From: Microcystis aeruginosa NIES-843
Lineage (GTDB): Bacteria; Cyanobacteriota; Cyanobacteriia; Cyanobacteriales; Microcystaceae
Reading direction: 5' to 3'
Length of the DNA: 32,000 nucleotides
Assembly: GCF_000010625.1 (NCBI RefSeq)
Contig: NC_010296.1
Location: 2,700,001-2,732,000, forward strand
The notes below the pieces were generated by a model that made no database searches, was not told the origin of the DNA, and worked only from the letters and a program-made list of their open reading frames with translations. The translations under genes and the position numbers were made by a program. Below are positions 1 through 9,064 of the stretch, in pieces. The number at the start of each line of letters is the position of its first letter. Within the stretch, counting starts at the first letter, position 1.

Positions 1-1
1 C

Positions 2-3000
2 CGCACCAACACCGTGCAGGTGGAGATCGGCGAGGGCAGCCGCGATGCCCTGGTGGCGGAGCTAGGCCTAGCGGGCTACAGCCGCCCCAGCCAATGGGAT
101 GTGGACAATGAGAACGCCGCCATCGGCACCAGCTTCACTGGCACCAGTGGGGGGACCTTGGTACTCAATGAGCAGCTGATCGTGATCAGTGCGGGTGCCA
201 CCCTCAACGATATAGTGACCACCATCAACAGCAAGGCGGCCTTCACCGGCGTGGTTGCCTCCACCACCACCAACGGCAGCAGCCAGAGCGTGCTGAAGCT
301 CACCCCACGCAATGGCGAGAGCTTCAACCAGACCTCCGCCTTTTTTGATCTCAACCAGGTCTATGGCTCGGTGGAGAGCCATGCCATTTTCATGCGGGAA
401 TACAAGGGCAATGGTGAACTGACGGGCCGGCTGCTCGCAGATCCGCAAAACTCCACCGCCCGCTGGTTTGACCTGAAAAAGAATGCCGAGCGCATTGGCC
501 TGACCTTGCGTGATCGCGATGTGCTGTCTGTACCCCTAGTGGAGATCATCCCCCAGGGCCAGCCCAATGCAGGCCGCTATGCCTTTGTGGTACTCGACAA
601 GGTGTCGGGGCAGAAGAGCTACGTCTTTGATACGGCGGATGTCACGTCCAATCAGGTGCTGGCCAAGGCGGGTTCAGCGTTTCTGATCGATCTGGCCCGT
701 GACTGGAAAGGATCTCCCCAGCCTGCTGGTAGCGATCCCTTCAAAGCCAACGGTGATCTGAAGGATCCCTCTCGGCTGAATGAACACGCTGTGGGCGGAG
801 ATGGGCGCCTGAATGAAAATATTGGTCTCACGGCAATGCATGAGATCTTTGTCACCACCCACAACAATATCCTGTCTCAGATCGAGGCCAATCTGGCCCA
901 AAATGCCGGAAACAATGGTAATAACCAGGCCCTTTCCGGACAAGAGCTGTTTGAAATGGCCAAGCTGGCCAATGAAAACTTCTACCAACACCATGTGTTG
1001 CAGGAGTACGCGCGGCGCATTACCCCCAACCTGGGTGCATTCGCAGGTGCCAATGCGGGCAACAACAACAACGCCGGCTTCAATGCCAGCATCTTGGCGG
1101 AATTCGCCTCCAGCGCCTTTCGCTTCGGCCATTCCCAGCTCACCGAAACCGTGGCCCTCACCTCGGTGAACCAGCAAACGGGCCTGGCTAACCCCGGCGG
1201 GCAGATGGACATCCCGCTGCTGCAGGCCTTTCTCGCCCCCCAGATCTACACGCGCCACACAGCAGGGCAGATCGCCGCAGGGATGAGCCAGCAGGTGGGC
1301 AACGCCACCGATGAATTCATCACCAACACCCTTCAAAACGCCCTGGTGGGCCTGCCCTTGGATCTGGGTGCCCTCAACATCGCCCGCGGCCTGGATACCG
1401 GCATCACCTCCCTCAATGAAGCCCGTCGCCAGATTCAAACCTACCTTCGTGACGTGCGTACCTCTCCAGGGGGCACCACCGGGTTGGTGCAGGCCAACAA
1501 TGCCATTGACGCCAACCTGGCATCCCTGGAGGCCAACCTGCGGCCCTATATCAGCTGGAAGGATTTTGGAGCCCATCTGCTTCATCCCGAATCTTTGAAG
1601 ACGTTCATCATGGCCTACGCCCGCGATGCCATCCTCAGTGGCTATTCGGGCAATGCCAATCTCTCCTATTGGAATCAACTGCAAGCCAGTTCGGCTCCAG
1701 GCGCGGCAGCCACCTACGCCGCGGCCCTCTCCGCTGCGGCGGATTTGGCCATGGGGGATGACGCCTTCATGGGCCTGCTCTACAGCGGCAGCAGCTCCGA
1801 TGCCCTCAATCCCTCAGCGCCGGTGAACACGCCCAGCGGCAACCAGGACTTCCAAAATATCTCCCTCTGGCTGGGGGGATTGGCAGAGGCCAAAACCCCC
1901 GGCGGTATGCTTGGCCCCACCCATGATTTCATCTATGCCTACCAGATGCAGCAACTGCAGCGGGGTGATGAAACCTACTACCTGAGCAAGCTGGCTGCCA
2001 CGGATCTGGTGGAGGAAATCAAGGGCAAGACGGTGGCCGACATGGTGATGGCTGCCACGGGAGTGAAGCATCTCTACCACAAGATCTTTGCGGTGAATGA
2101 TGCTGATTATGAGCGATCCCTGCAAAGCTTCAACACCTATTCTTCTGAAGCTTTATTGCTTGGGGCCACTCAGACGGTGGTGGATGTCACCGGAACTCAA
2201 CGGCTGGTGGGCAGGGCTGGCTATGTGAATGGGGTGCTTGTCGGCAATGGTGGCAACTACCTTGATGCCCGCGGTGTGTTCAGTCCCAACGGGGAGGGCA
2301 AGGCCAGTGAGCTCTTTGGCGGCACCAACGGCTCCGATCAATTCAAGGGCTTGGCTGGGGATGACTGCATGTGGGGCGATGGAGGCGCGGACACCTTCTG
2401 GGCCGGCGATGACAATGACTTTGCCGATGGCGGTGAAGGACATGACACCATCTACGGTGAAAACGGCTTTGACATGTTGCGTGGGGATGCCGGCAACGAT
2501 CAGATTTATGGCGGCACTGGCAACGACGATATGTATGGCGGAGAGGGCAACGACAGCCTCTTCGGTGAGGATGGCATCGATGATCTCAACGGCGGCAATG
2601 GCAACGACCTGGTCTCCGGTGGGCTGGGCAACGACCAGGTGAAGGGACAGGCGGGTAACGACACCCTCATCGGCGGCCAGGGGAACGACATCATCACAGG
2701 GGGGGGAGGAAACGATCTCTTCACCTTCAACGAGGCCCCAGGTCTTAATGGGGTGGATCAACTGCGGGACTTCAACTCCACTCTGGACAAACTGGTCTTC
2801 GACAAGAACGTCTACGCAGGACTGAGCGGCTCCACCCTTACCGCAGCCCAGCTGCGGGCGGAGGCCGGGGCGACGGTGGCCACCACGGCGAGCCAGCGCT
2901 TCATCTACAACCTCTCCAACGGTGATCTGTTCTTTGATCCCGACGGCACTGGCGTTCTCGCGGTCACGCAGATCGCCAACCTGAACCGCTTCAATCCAGC

Positions 3001-3073
3001 TTTTCCCTCGGATGTGGCGTCGGCCAACGCGGTCTTCCCCAACCTGGTCAGCAGCAATTTCTTGCTGATCTGA
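2..3073 (+). CDS. Animal-haem-peroxidase-family protein with a C-terminal RTX (GGxGxD) calcium-binding repeat block; 5' end lies outside the window
   Basis: The frame is open from nt 2, so the GTG at 14 is only the first in-window start. Peroxidase-family motifs are FFDLNQVYGS, LTAMHEIFVTTHNNIL, AFRFGHSQL (proximal-His motif) and LDLGALNIARGLDTGITSLNEAR. About 13-15 consecutive nonapeptides of GGxGxDxhx type lie at ~nt 2310-2730 (YGGTGNDDM, YGGEGNDSL, NGGNGNDLV, SGGLGNDQV, IGGQGNDII, TGGGGNDLF). Codons are strongly GC3-rich. Confidence 0.85.
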   Translation, partial: RTNTVQVEIGEGSRDALVAELGLAGYSRPSQWDVDNENAAIGTSFTGTSGGTLVLNEQLIVISAGATLNDIVTTINSKAAFTGVVASTTTNGSSQSVLKLTPRNGESFNQTSAFFDLNQVYGSVESHAIFMREYKGNGELTGRLLADPQNSTARWFDLKKNAERIGLTLRDRDVLSVPLVEIIPQGQPNAGRYAFVVLDKVSGQKSYVFDTADVTSNQVLAKAGSAFLIDLARDWKGSPQPAGSDPFKANGDLKDPSRLNEHAVGGDGRLNENIGLTAMHEIFVTTHNNILSQIEANLAQNAGNNGNNQALSGQELFEMAKLANENFYQHHVLQEYARRITPNLGAFAGANAGNNNNAGFNASILAEFASSAFRFGHSQLTETVALTSVNQQTGLANPGGQMDIPLLQAFLAPQIYTRHTAGQIAAGMSQQVGNATDEFITNTLQNALVGLPLDLGALNIARGLDTGITSLNEARRQIQTYLRDVRTSPGGTTGLVQANNAIDANLASLEANLRPYISWKDFGAHLLHPESLKTFIMAYARDAILSGYSGNANLSYWNQLQASSAPGAAATYAAALSAAADLAMGDDAFMGLLYSGSSSDALNPSAPVNTPSGNQDFQNISLWLGGLAEAKTPGGMLGPTHDFIYAYQMQQLQRGDETYYLSKLAATDLVEEIKGKTVADMVMAATGVKHLYHKIFAVNDADYERSLQSFNTYSSEALLLGATQTVVDVTGTQRLVGRAGYVNGVLVGNGGNYLDARGVFSPNGEGKASELFGGTNGSDQFKGLAGDDCMWGDGGADTFWAGDDNDFADGGEGHDTIYGENGFDMLRGDAGNDQIYGGTGNDDMYGGEGNDSLFGEDGIDDLNGGNGNDLVSGGLGNDQVKGQAGNDTLIGGQGNDIITGGGGNDLFTFNEAPGLNGVDQLRDFNSTLDKLVFDKNVYAGLSGSTLTAAQLRAEAGATVATTASQRFIYNLSNGDLFFDPDGTGVLAVTQIANLNRFNPAFPSDVASANAVFPNLVSSNFLLI

Positions 3074-3097
3074 GTGGCCTTGGAAGTGTAACAAATT

Positions 3098-3124
3098 ATA
3101 CTGAATTTTTTTACAATTCAGTAT
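3098..3124. repeat. Perfect 10-bp-stem hairpin (atactgaatt / tttttac / aattcagtat) 25 nt after the peroxidase stop codon
   Basis: The inverted repeat was read directly. It has no U-tail on the plus strand, so terminator function is uncertain. It sits exactly at the GC-rich/AT-rich junction. Confidence 0.5.
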
Positions 3125-3326
3125 CGATTACGGCGGTTGCTTTATTTGTCTGGCACAGCTAATTCCTTAGTGGAGAATGTACCAGACCAATCCTGAAGCC
3201 GCCGTAGTTATTAAGAATATTGAACGCAATTATCAGCGTTTCAGAGACTATATTACTGGACTTCCCCGTTGACAAAAAGCCATAACCTATGCTGTAGAAG
3301 GGATTAAGAGAATTTCCGCCGCCCCG

Positions 3327-5271
3327 TTACTGGGTACAAATCAGGGAAACTCCCAATAAATCTAACGCTTTTTGTTGCAGTTGGGTCGGTCGAGTTATCT
3401 TAGAAAAACGATAACTTCCCTCCCTAATCGTACATTCCACTGTATTCAAGCAAATTGTCCCCAGGTCTTCCAACAAAGTCCGAAAACTATGCACAGGGAG
3501 GTTCTCTTGATTCCGTTTTTTTCTCTCTTTAGACTGAGCGGATTCACTCCGATTGGCTTTAATCACATTCAGAGAACCATCATCAATTTCTTCATCCTCA
3601 AATAACAAAGGAGCCAAAGACTGTTTTAAATGCCATTCCACATAATAAGCCAACATACATAAAAAGATATGAGCCTTGACTCTATCACCCTTATAATGAT
3701 AGATAGGACGTACCTTTAAATCAATTGACTTATAACAGCGAAATGCCTCCTCCACTTGAGACAAACTTTTATAAGCTTTAACCGTCGTCGATGCATCCAT
3801 CAAAGTTGACTCCAGAGAAGTTCTTAACACATACACACCATCCAAGGCCGTTTCTTGAGCGATTAATTCCAGCTTACGCTGATAAGAAAAGCCTTCTTCT
3901 GTTATCTCTAGGTTATAGTATTTATTGACCTTAAACTGATGAAGAATCTTGCCCACTCTCAAAGCTATCTTATCTTGACCCTTTAAAGCTCTTTTCTCCC
4001 TTTGAGTCGCCTGAACAATCAAATCTAGTTCCTTCTCTACCGCTTCTAATAATGCCTCTCTTTGTAGTTGATTTTTCTGGGCAATGAAGGGATTCCGACA
4101 AGCAATTAATCTTTCATCGGGATAATCTTCACTCTCAAATTCCACCAAGTTTACCTGCTCAAATAATCCTAATTGAATCACTTCTACCTCAGCCAGTTTC
4201 CGAATTTGAGGCTTAGTTAAACCAGTAATATAGTCTAATCCTTCTAGCGGTTTTACTAATTCCTTGATTTTCGAGTTGGTGAAAATTCCTCTATCGCTTA
4301 CCCAGACCACATTCTCAATCCCCCAACCCTTTCTGACTTTCTCAATTTGTCCGCTTAAAGTAGCACCGTCTGAGGTGTTTCCTTCAAATACTTCTACCGC
4401 TATCGGACAACCCTTGGCTGAACAGAGCAGACCAAAAACTATCTGAATTTTCCCTTTCTTTTTATCTCGATTATCACCATATTTTCCCAGTTCACAACCA
4501 TTTCCTTCTAGGTAGGTAGAAGTGACATCATACAAGACTAATGTTCCTGATTCTAAGTGTTTAAGTGCTAGGTGCTTCTCAATTTTATCTTGTTTTTCTA
4601 ATAACCAATCTAAGGCGTTATATAATTCGTCTTCATCGGCTTTCTCTAAGTCTAACAATTGTCCTAAACTCTGACTACAAGTCTCACTATTAAACCCTCT
4701 CGCTGTGGCTAGTTTTGATTTAGGATTGATGATTCTTGCCACAATCATCGCCACTACTAAGCTACTAAGGGGAGCATCTCACCTTTGCAATGAGCATAAA
4801 TACTTAGTGGAAAAATAGGCTTTTCGAGGGTAATTCTTGTTTTAATTCTCCATGTACGCAGTCTTTAAAAGCCTCTATTTCGTTCCAAGACACGATTAAG
4901 AGTGGCTTTTAGGCTAAGTATAATTACTTATCGCGTAAGTGAGATGCTCCCACTACTAAGTTTCTGATTCGTGAGGATTTTTCACTGATTATTTTATCTA
5001 AACCTAATTTTTTAATCGTCTCTAAAATAGCCATCACATGACCATGAGGAAGACTTCTAATCACTTCAAAATGATTGGGAATGCCTTCATTCATGGACAG
5101 TGTTGCCCCTTTAAGAGCCAGTTTCAGATTGTCGATAATATCATCGGGTAATTTTGAGAGATTGGCAAGGGTTCTTTTTTTGACTTGTTCTCCTTCTCGG
5201 TAGGACTCTCGAAGAAGAACGGCGGGGGGGGAATTACGGTTAGGAACTTTTTCTATATACATGGCTATCAT
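3327..5271 (-). pseudogene. IS4-superfamily (IS1634-like) DDE transposase, split into a 115-aa N-terminal ORF (4924-5271) and a 475-aa C-terminal ORF (3327-4754) by a nested MITE
   Basis: The N-terminal ORF begins MYIEKVPNRNSPPAVLLRESYREGEQVKKRTLANLSKLP, as I recall for IS1634-like transposases. Removing the insert restores a continuous reading ...SSRIRNLVV/AMIVARIINPKSKLAT.... The IS termini could not be defined. Confidence 0.8.
4762..4951. mobile_element. ~190-bp MITE nested in the transposase gene
   Basis: Perfect 13-bp terminal inverted repeats: gggagcatctcac (4770-4782) and gtgagatgctccc (4939-4951). The direct repeat ctactaag flanks it (4754-4761, 4762-4769, 4953-4960), consistent with an 8-9-bp target duplication. 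It has no coding capacity. Confidence 0.75.
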
Positions 5272-5362
5272 TCTAGCAAATGGAGAGAATTCTTGTCCAT
5301 TAAGAAATGTTACAAATTACATGGGTACATTAAGAAAAGTTAATGGGTGTATCCATTGATAG

Positions 5363-5692
5363 ATAAGGGTTTTCGGCTATTATGGTATATATGTATGGGG
5401 GAAGTTCAGCTATACGAAAAGACTAGCCGAGAATATACTCGAACAATTAAAAGAAGGAGATATTTTAAATGTTAGCCGAAGAAATGACGTAATGGAAGAA
5501 GAGATTCAAAGAATGCTAGAGGACATCGCCGAAGAAATTACAGAGCCAGATTTATCGAAATTAAAAAGACTAGGAATTGATGAAATCGCTCTAGTCAAAG
5601 GACAAAAAAATTACGGCTCTTCGGTAGATACTATACTGGAGACGGTTTGTGAATCTTACAAGTCTTATCCATCAAGAGTTTCAGAATCATAA
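5363..5692 (+). pseudogene. ISL3-family transposase fragment (central HTH/linker part only)
   Basis: The open frame reads ...FSYTKRLAENILEQLKEGDILNVSRRNDV..LKRLGIDEIALVKGQKNY. LGIDE(I/F)A-x-KG is the conserved ISL3 transposase motif. There is no N-terminal zinc finger or DDE domain, and the frame stops ~20 codons after the motif. Confidence 0.6.
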
Positions 5693-5778
5693 TCACCCCG
5701 TCTGCATAAGTCTGCATAATAAGTGCCGAAGAACCAACCATTATTACTTATTTCACAGATTTAGAACACTAGCGGAAA

Positions 5779-6897
5779 TTAGATATGGGCAACGATCTCG
5801 CCGAAAGGAGCGAGAACCTGAACGGGTTGGGGTCGGATCGGCGCGCTCTCTACTGGTAAACGGGGAAACAACAGTTCGGCAGCCCGGTAGGCTTCCTCTA
5901 GATGGGGATAACCGGAGAGAATAAACGTCTCGATACCGAGATCTCGGTATTCGAGCAGACGGCGCGCTACCGTATCCGCATCCCCCACGAGAGCGGTTCC
6001 CGCTCCCCCGCGTACCAAACCCACCCCAGCCCAGAGATTTGGGCTAATTTCCAAGGCGGCGCGACTGCCGTTGTGCAATTGACTCATCCGCCGTTGCCCT
6101 TCCGAGTCCATGCGCGCGTAGGCGTTTTGGGCGGTGGCGATCGCTTCCTCGTCTACATAGCGGATCAATGTCTCCGCCGTCTCCCACGCTTCGCTGGCCG
6201 TTTCCCTGACGATAACGTGTAAACGAATGCCGAATCGGAGTGTCCGACCGCGGGCCTCGGCTAAACGGCGCACGGTGATGATTTTTTCGGCCACCGCGGA
6301 CGGGGGTTCGCCCCAGGTTAGATAGACATCGACGTGTTTAGCGGCGATCTCGTGGGCGATGGGCGAGGAGCCACCGAACCAAAGGGGTGGGTGGGGCTTC
6401 TGTACGGGGGGAAACAGGACTTTTCCTCCCTCGATCCGCAGGTAATCGCCTTGAAAGTCCGTGTTCGGTTTCGATAATAGTTGTCGCCACACCGTTAGAA
6501 ATTCATCGGTTAGACGGTAGCGATCATCATGGTTTAAATGTACGCCATCTCCCGCCAATTCCACTGGATCGCCTCCCGTGACGACGTTAATTAGTAAGCG
6601 CCCCTCGGAAAGGCGATCAAAAGTGGCCGCCATTCTCGCCGCCACCCCAGGAGAAACTAACCCCGGCCGCACCGCCACGAGAAAGCGCATCTGTCGCGTG
6701 TGCGTGACGAGGGTGGAAGCGACGATCCACGCGTCCTCGCAGGAACGCCCGGTCGGTAAAAGCGCACCCGTGTAGCCTAAATCGTCTACGGCACGCGCAA
6801 TCTGCAACATATATGCGAAAGTAACGCTTCTCCCGCCGATCGCCGTTCCCAGATAACGTCCGTCGCCGTGGGTCGGGATAAACCAGAGTAATTGCAT
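5779..6897 (-). CDS. ssuD: FMNH2-dependent alkanesulfonate monooxygenase
   Basis: It aligns by eye with E. coli SsuD along the N-terminus: [74 protein letters not shown]. An AAGGA Shine-Dalgarno lies ~12 nt upstream. Confidence 0.9.
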   Translation of the reverse strand: MQLLWFIPTHGDGRYLGTAIGGRSVTFAYMLQIARAVDDLGYTGALLPTGRSCEDAWIVASTLVTHTRQMRFLVAVRPGLVSPGVAARMAATFDRLSEGRLLINVVTGGDPVELAGDGVHLNHDDRYRLTDEFLTVWRQLLSKPNTDFQGDYLRIEGGKVLFPPVQKPHPPLWFGGSSPIAHEIAAKHVDVYLTWGEPPSAVAEKIITVRRLAEARGRTLRFGIRLHVIVRETASEAWETAETLIRYVDEEAIATAQNAYARMDSEGQRRMSQLHNGSRAALEISPNLWAGVGLVRGGAGTALVGDADTVARRLLEYRDLGIETFILSGYPHLEEAYRAAELLFPRLPVESAPIRPQPVQVLAPFGEIVAHI

Positions 6898-7042
6898 GGT
6901 CGGTATCCTTCGTGTAGAAATAATAACACATTAATTCTATCAAAATATTGTCTTTAAAAAAGTATCATCTGGAGGAAAATTTTTGTTACCATTTGCTCGG
7001 AATTTGACGGGTATAAATGGGGATAAAGTATATCAAAAACTT

Positions 7043-9061
7043 TTATAAAACTTGAGCGTACCGATTAAATTTTTCCTCTGGAAAATAACCATTAGAGAGT
7101 TGGCTCGAAAAAGAAATCTGATGGAAATGGTAATCTAGTTCGAGTAAATTATAGACTAGCCGTAAAAAATAATCGTCCATCCAAAAATCTACGTCAAATA
7201 ATGAGATACCGTATTGTCCATCTAACCTACGATTGAGGGTTTTTAATAGCCAAGACCATTGGGGTTTTAGGGTGGGATCGGTGTGGTTTCCAGAGGCAGG
7301 AGCGAAGAACTGAAATACCCGATCAGGACAAACCCATGTTACATCGTTTAACAACTTGATCGCTCTTGCGGAATCTGAATGAAACCAATGATTGGCGATT
7401 ACCAAGTCGTGTAGGTAAGCGATAACAAGTTTGGGGTTTTCTTTGAGAAACCGCGATCGACAAACAATGCCTCTAAGGGAAGGAATTCTTAAACCGAAAT
7501 TTTGCTCTAGGGGTAATTTTTTGGCTGAAACGTATTCTTGAAAAATAGAAGTAAAAGTATCACAACATACATAGGCATCTATTTGCTTTTTTCTAAAGCT
7601 CATACTTGCCGTATGTGGATCTTCATTAACCAAGTGACAATCTCGACTAATCTCCAGTCCGTACAGGTTAAAAAGAGTGATAATAAATCGATGCGCGTTG
7701 GAACCAAATAAGGTAGAAATACGCTTGCCTCTTAGTTCTGGGACGGTGGCGATTGGAGAGTCTTTAGGAAGCAGAATCCTCAGATCTTCACCGAAAATAT
7801 TATAAGAGGCAATCCCGATTAGTTTAGAACCGAAACTGAGATTGTTAAAAAACATAGTACCATTGTTTAAAAGAGAAATATCGTCTAAAATACAAATATC
7901 TAAATCTCCTCTTTTCATTTGTTGATTCATTTGTTCACCACAAGCGAATTCAACGATCTGTAAGGTAAAATTTCGATCGATCTCGATATTTTTCTGAAAA
8001 ATTGGTTTTTCGTTGGACTCTCGCTGTAGATCGAAAACATATTTAACTCCATAGCTGGCGATAAACTGTCCGATCGAATCCCGTTGAATTCCAACTCTGA
8101 GTATATTTTCCGTTGGCAAAGTATCGCTGGCAAAAATAAGATTCGGTTGCGGGGAAATGGCTAAATCATCCTGATCGAGGCGAAAACTTCTAACCAAACT
8201 TTCTCCTAATATTAATAGCTCGCTAAAATGAGGGACGTGCAGATAGACTCCATATTCGTTGACATCCTGTATAGGTATTATCGATGCTGGATAATTCAAG
8301 AGGGAATTAAATTGGCAAAAATCAGGCAGGATAGTTGATTTATGGCTTTTTTGCACAGAATCGAGAAGTTCTTGATAACTTTCAATGATTCGTACATCCC
8401 TTAGATAGTTTAATACAACTTGATTTTTACAAAGCTCTTGATAAATTTCATCTAAAAGAACCAAGTCAGTTGGGTTTATATCTGAGATTTTAATCAATTT
8501 TTTGCTAGGAAATAGATCATTCTTACCGAAAGAAATAAGTTGGAAGCGGTGGGTAGTTAGTCTAGTACAATGATGTTTATCTTTATAAGCGGAGAAACTG
8601 TTGAGCAGAATATCAAGGTTTTTGGGCGAGGATTCGGCCAATAAACCTTGAGCGGATAGGGAAATCTCTTGAATATTTCGACTTGGAAAGCAAAGCCGAA
8701 ATCGTCGCCAGTAATGTTTTAACCAGACTTCTAAAATTAAAGGGGTAGCACCGAGAATTAAGTCTTCTCCGTCGGCACTTAAGGTCAGCTGAAACTCTCG
8801 TTGAAGGGTTTCCACGGTTTCTATCACCTGAAAGGTTTCAGAAATTAGCTTTCTACCCTGATTGGTTAGTTTGATCGAGCCAGGGGAGCGATTAACCAGC
8901 AATACTCCAAAATAATCCTCTAATTGCTTGACTTTTTTGCTAATTAATGATTGACTATAGCCCAATTGATAGGCCGCTTTAGAAAAGCTACCAGAATCAT
9001 CGACCGTCTTGAGAATTTTCAGGTGATTTAGGGTAATGTCTTCCGAGGTAATTCGACTCAT
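7043..9061 (-). CDS. Oversized (672 aa) LysR-family regulator: HTH + LysR effector-binding domain + extra C-terminal SsuA/NMT1-like periplasmic-binding-type domain
   Basis: Residues 1-90 are a typical LysR wHTH (LNHLKILKTVDDSGSFSKAAYQLGYSQSLISKKVKQLEDYFGVLLVNR). Residues ~90-300 are LysR-substrate-like. Residues ~320-600 show the SsuA/TauA/NMT1 pattern (LRVGIQ..., MKRGDLDICILD, PELRGKRISTLFGSNAHRFIITLFNLYGLE..DCHLVNEDPHTASMSFRKKQIDAYVC). The start lies 3 nt after the upstream LLM stop. Confidence 0.8.
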   Translation of the reverse strand: MSRITSEDITLNHLKILKTVDDSGSFSKAAYQLGYSQSLISKKVKQLEDYFGVLLVNRSPGSIKLTNQGRKLISETFQVIETVETLQREFQLTLSADGEDLILGATPLILEVWLKHYWRRFRLCFPSRNIQEISLSAQGLLAESSPKNLDILLNSFSAYKDKHHCTRLTTHRFQLISFGKNDLFPSKKLIKISDINPTDLVLLDEIYQELCKNQVVLNYLRDVRIIESYQELLDSVQKSHKSTILPDFCQFNSLLNYPASIIPIQDVNEYGVYLHVPHFSELLILGESLVRSFRLDQDDLAISPQPNLIFASDTLPTENILRVGIQRDSIGQFIASYGVKYVFDLQRESNEKPIFQKNIEIDRNFTLQIVEFACGEQMNQQMKRGDLDICILDDISLLNNGTMFFNNLSFGSKLIGIASYNIFGEDLRILLPKDSPIATVPELRGKRISTLFGSNAHRFIITLFNLYGLEISRDCHLVNEDPHTASMSFRKKQIDAYVCCDTFTSIFQEYVSAKKLPLEQNFGLRIPSLRGIVCRSRFLKENPKLVIAYLHDLVIANHWFHSDSARAIKLLNDVTWVCPDRVFQFFAPASGNHTDPTLKPQWSWLLKTLNRRLDGQYGISLFDVDFWMDDYFLRLVYNLLELDYHFHQISFSSQLSNGYFPEEKFNRYAQVL

Positions 9062-9064
9062 AAT

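Noticed and set aside
674-1684. Long antisense and out-of-frame ORFs inside the peroxidase gene (674-1684 minus, 2153-3094 minus, 813-1169 plus, 2229-2642 plus and others)
   Set aside because: Such ORFs are typical artefacts of high-GC coding sequence. Their products are low-complexity and Arg/Gly/Pro-rich, and they overlap a frame with clear family motifs.
5649-6222. Plus-strand ORFs 5649-5924 and 5902-6222, and other ORFs antisense to ssuD (6387-6581, 6578-6775, 6617-6943)
   Set aside because: They overlap the strongly supported ssuD frame on the opposite strand or in other frames, and no motifs were recognised.
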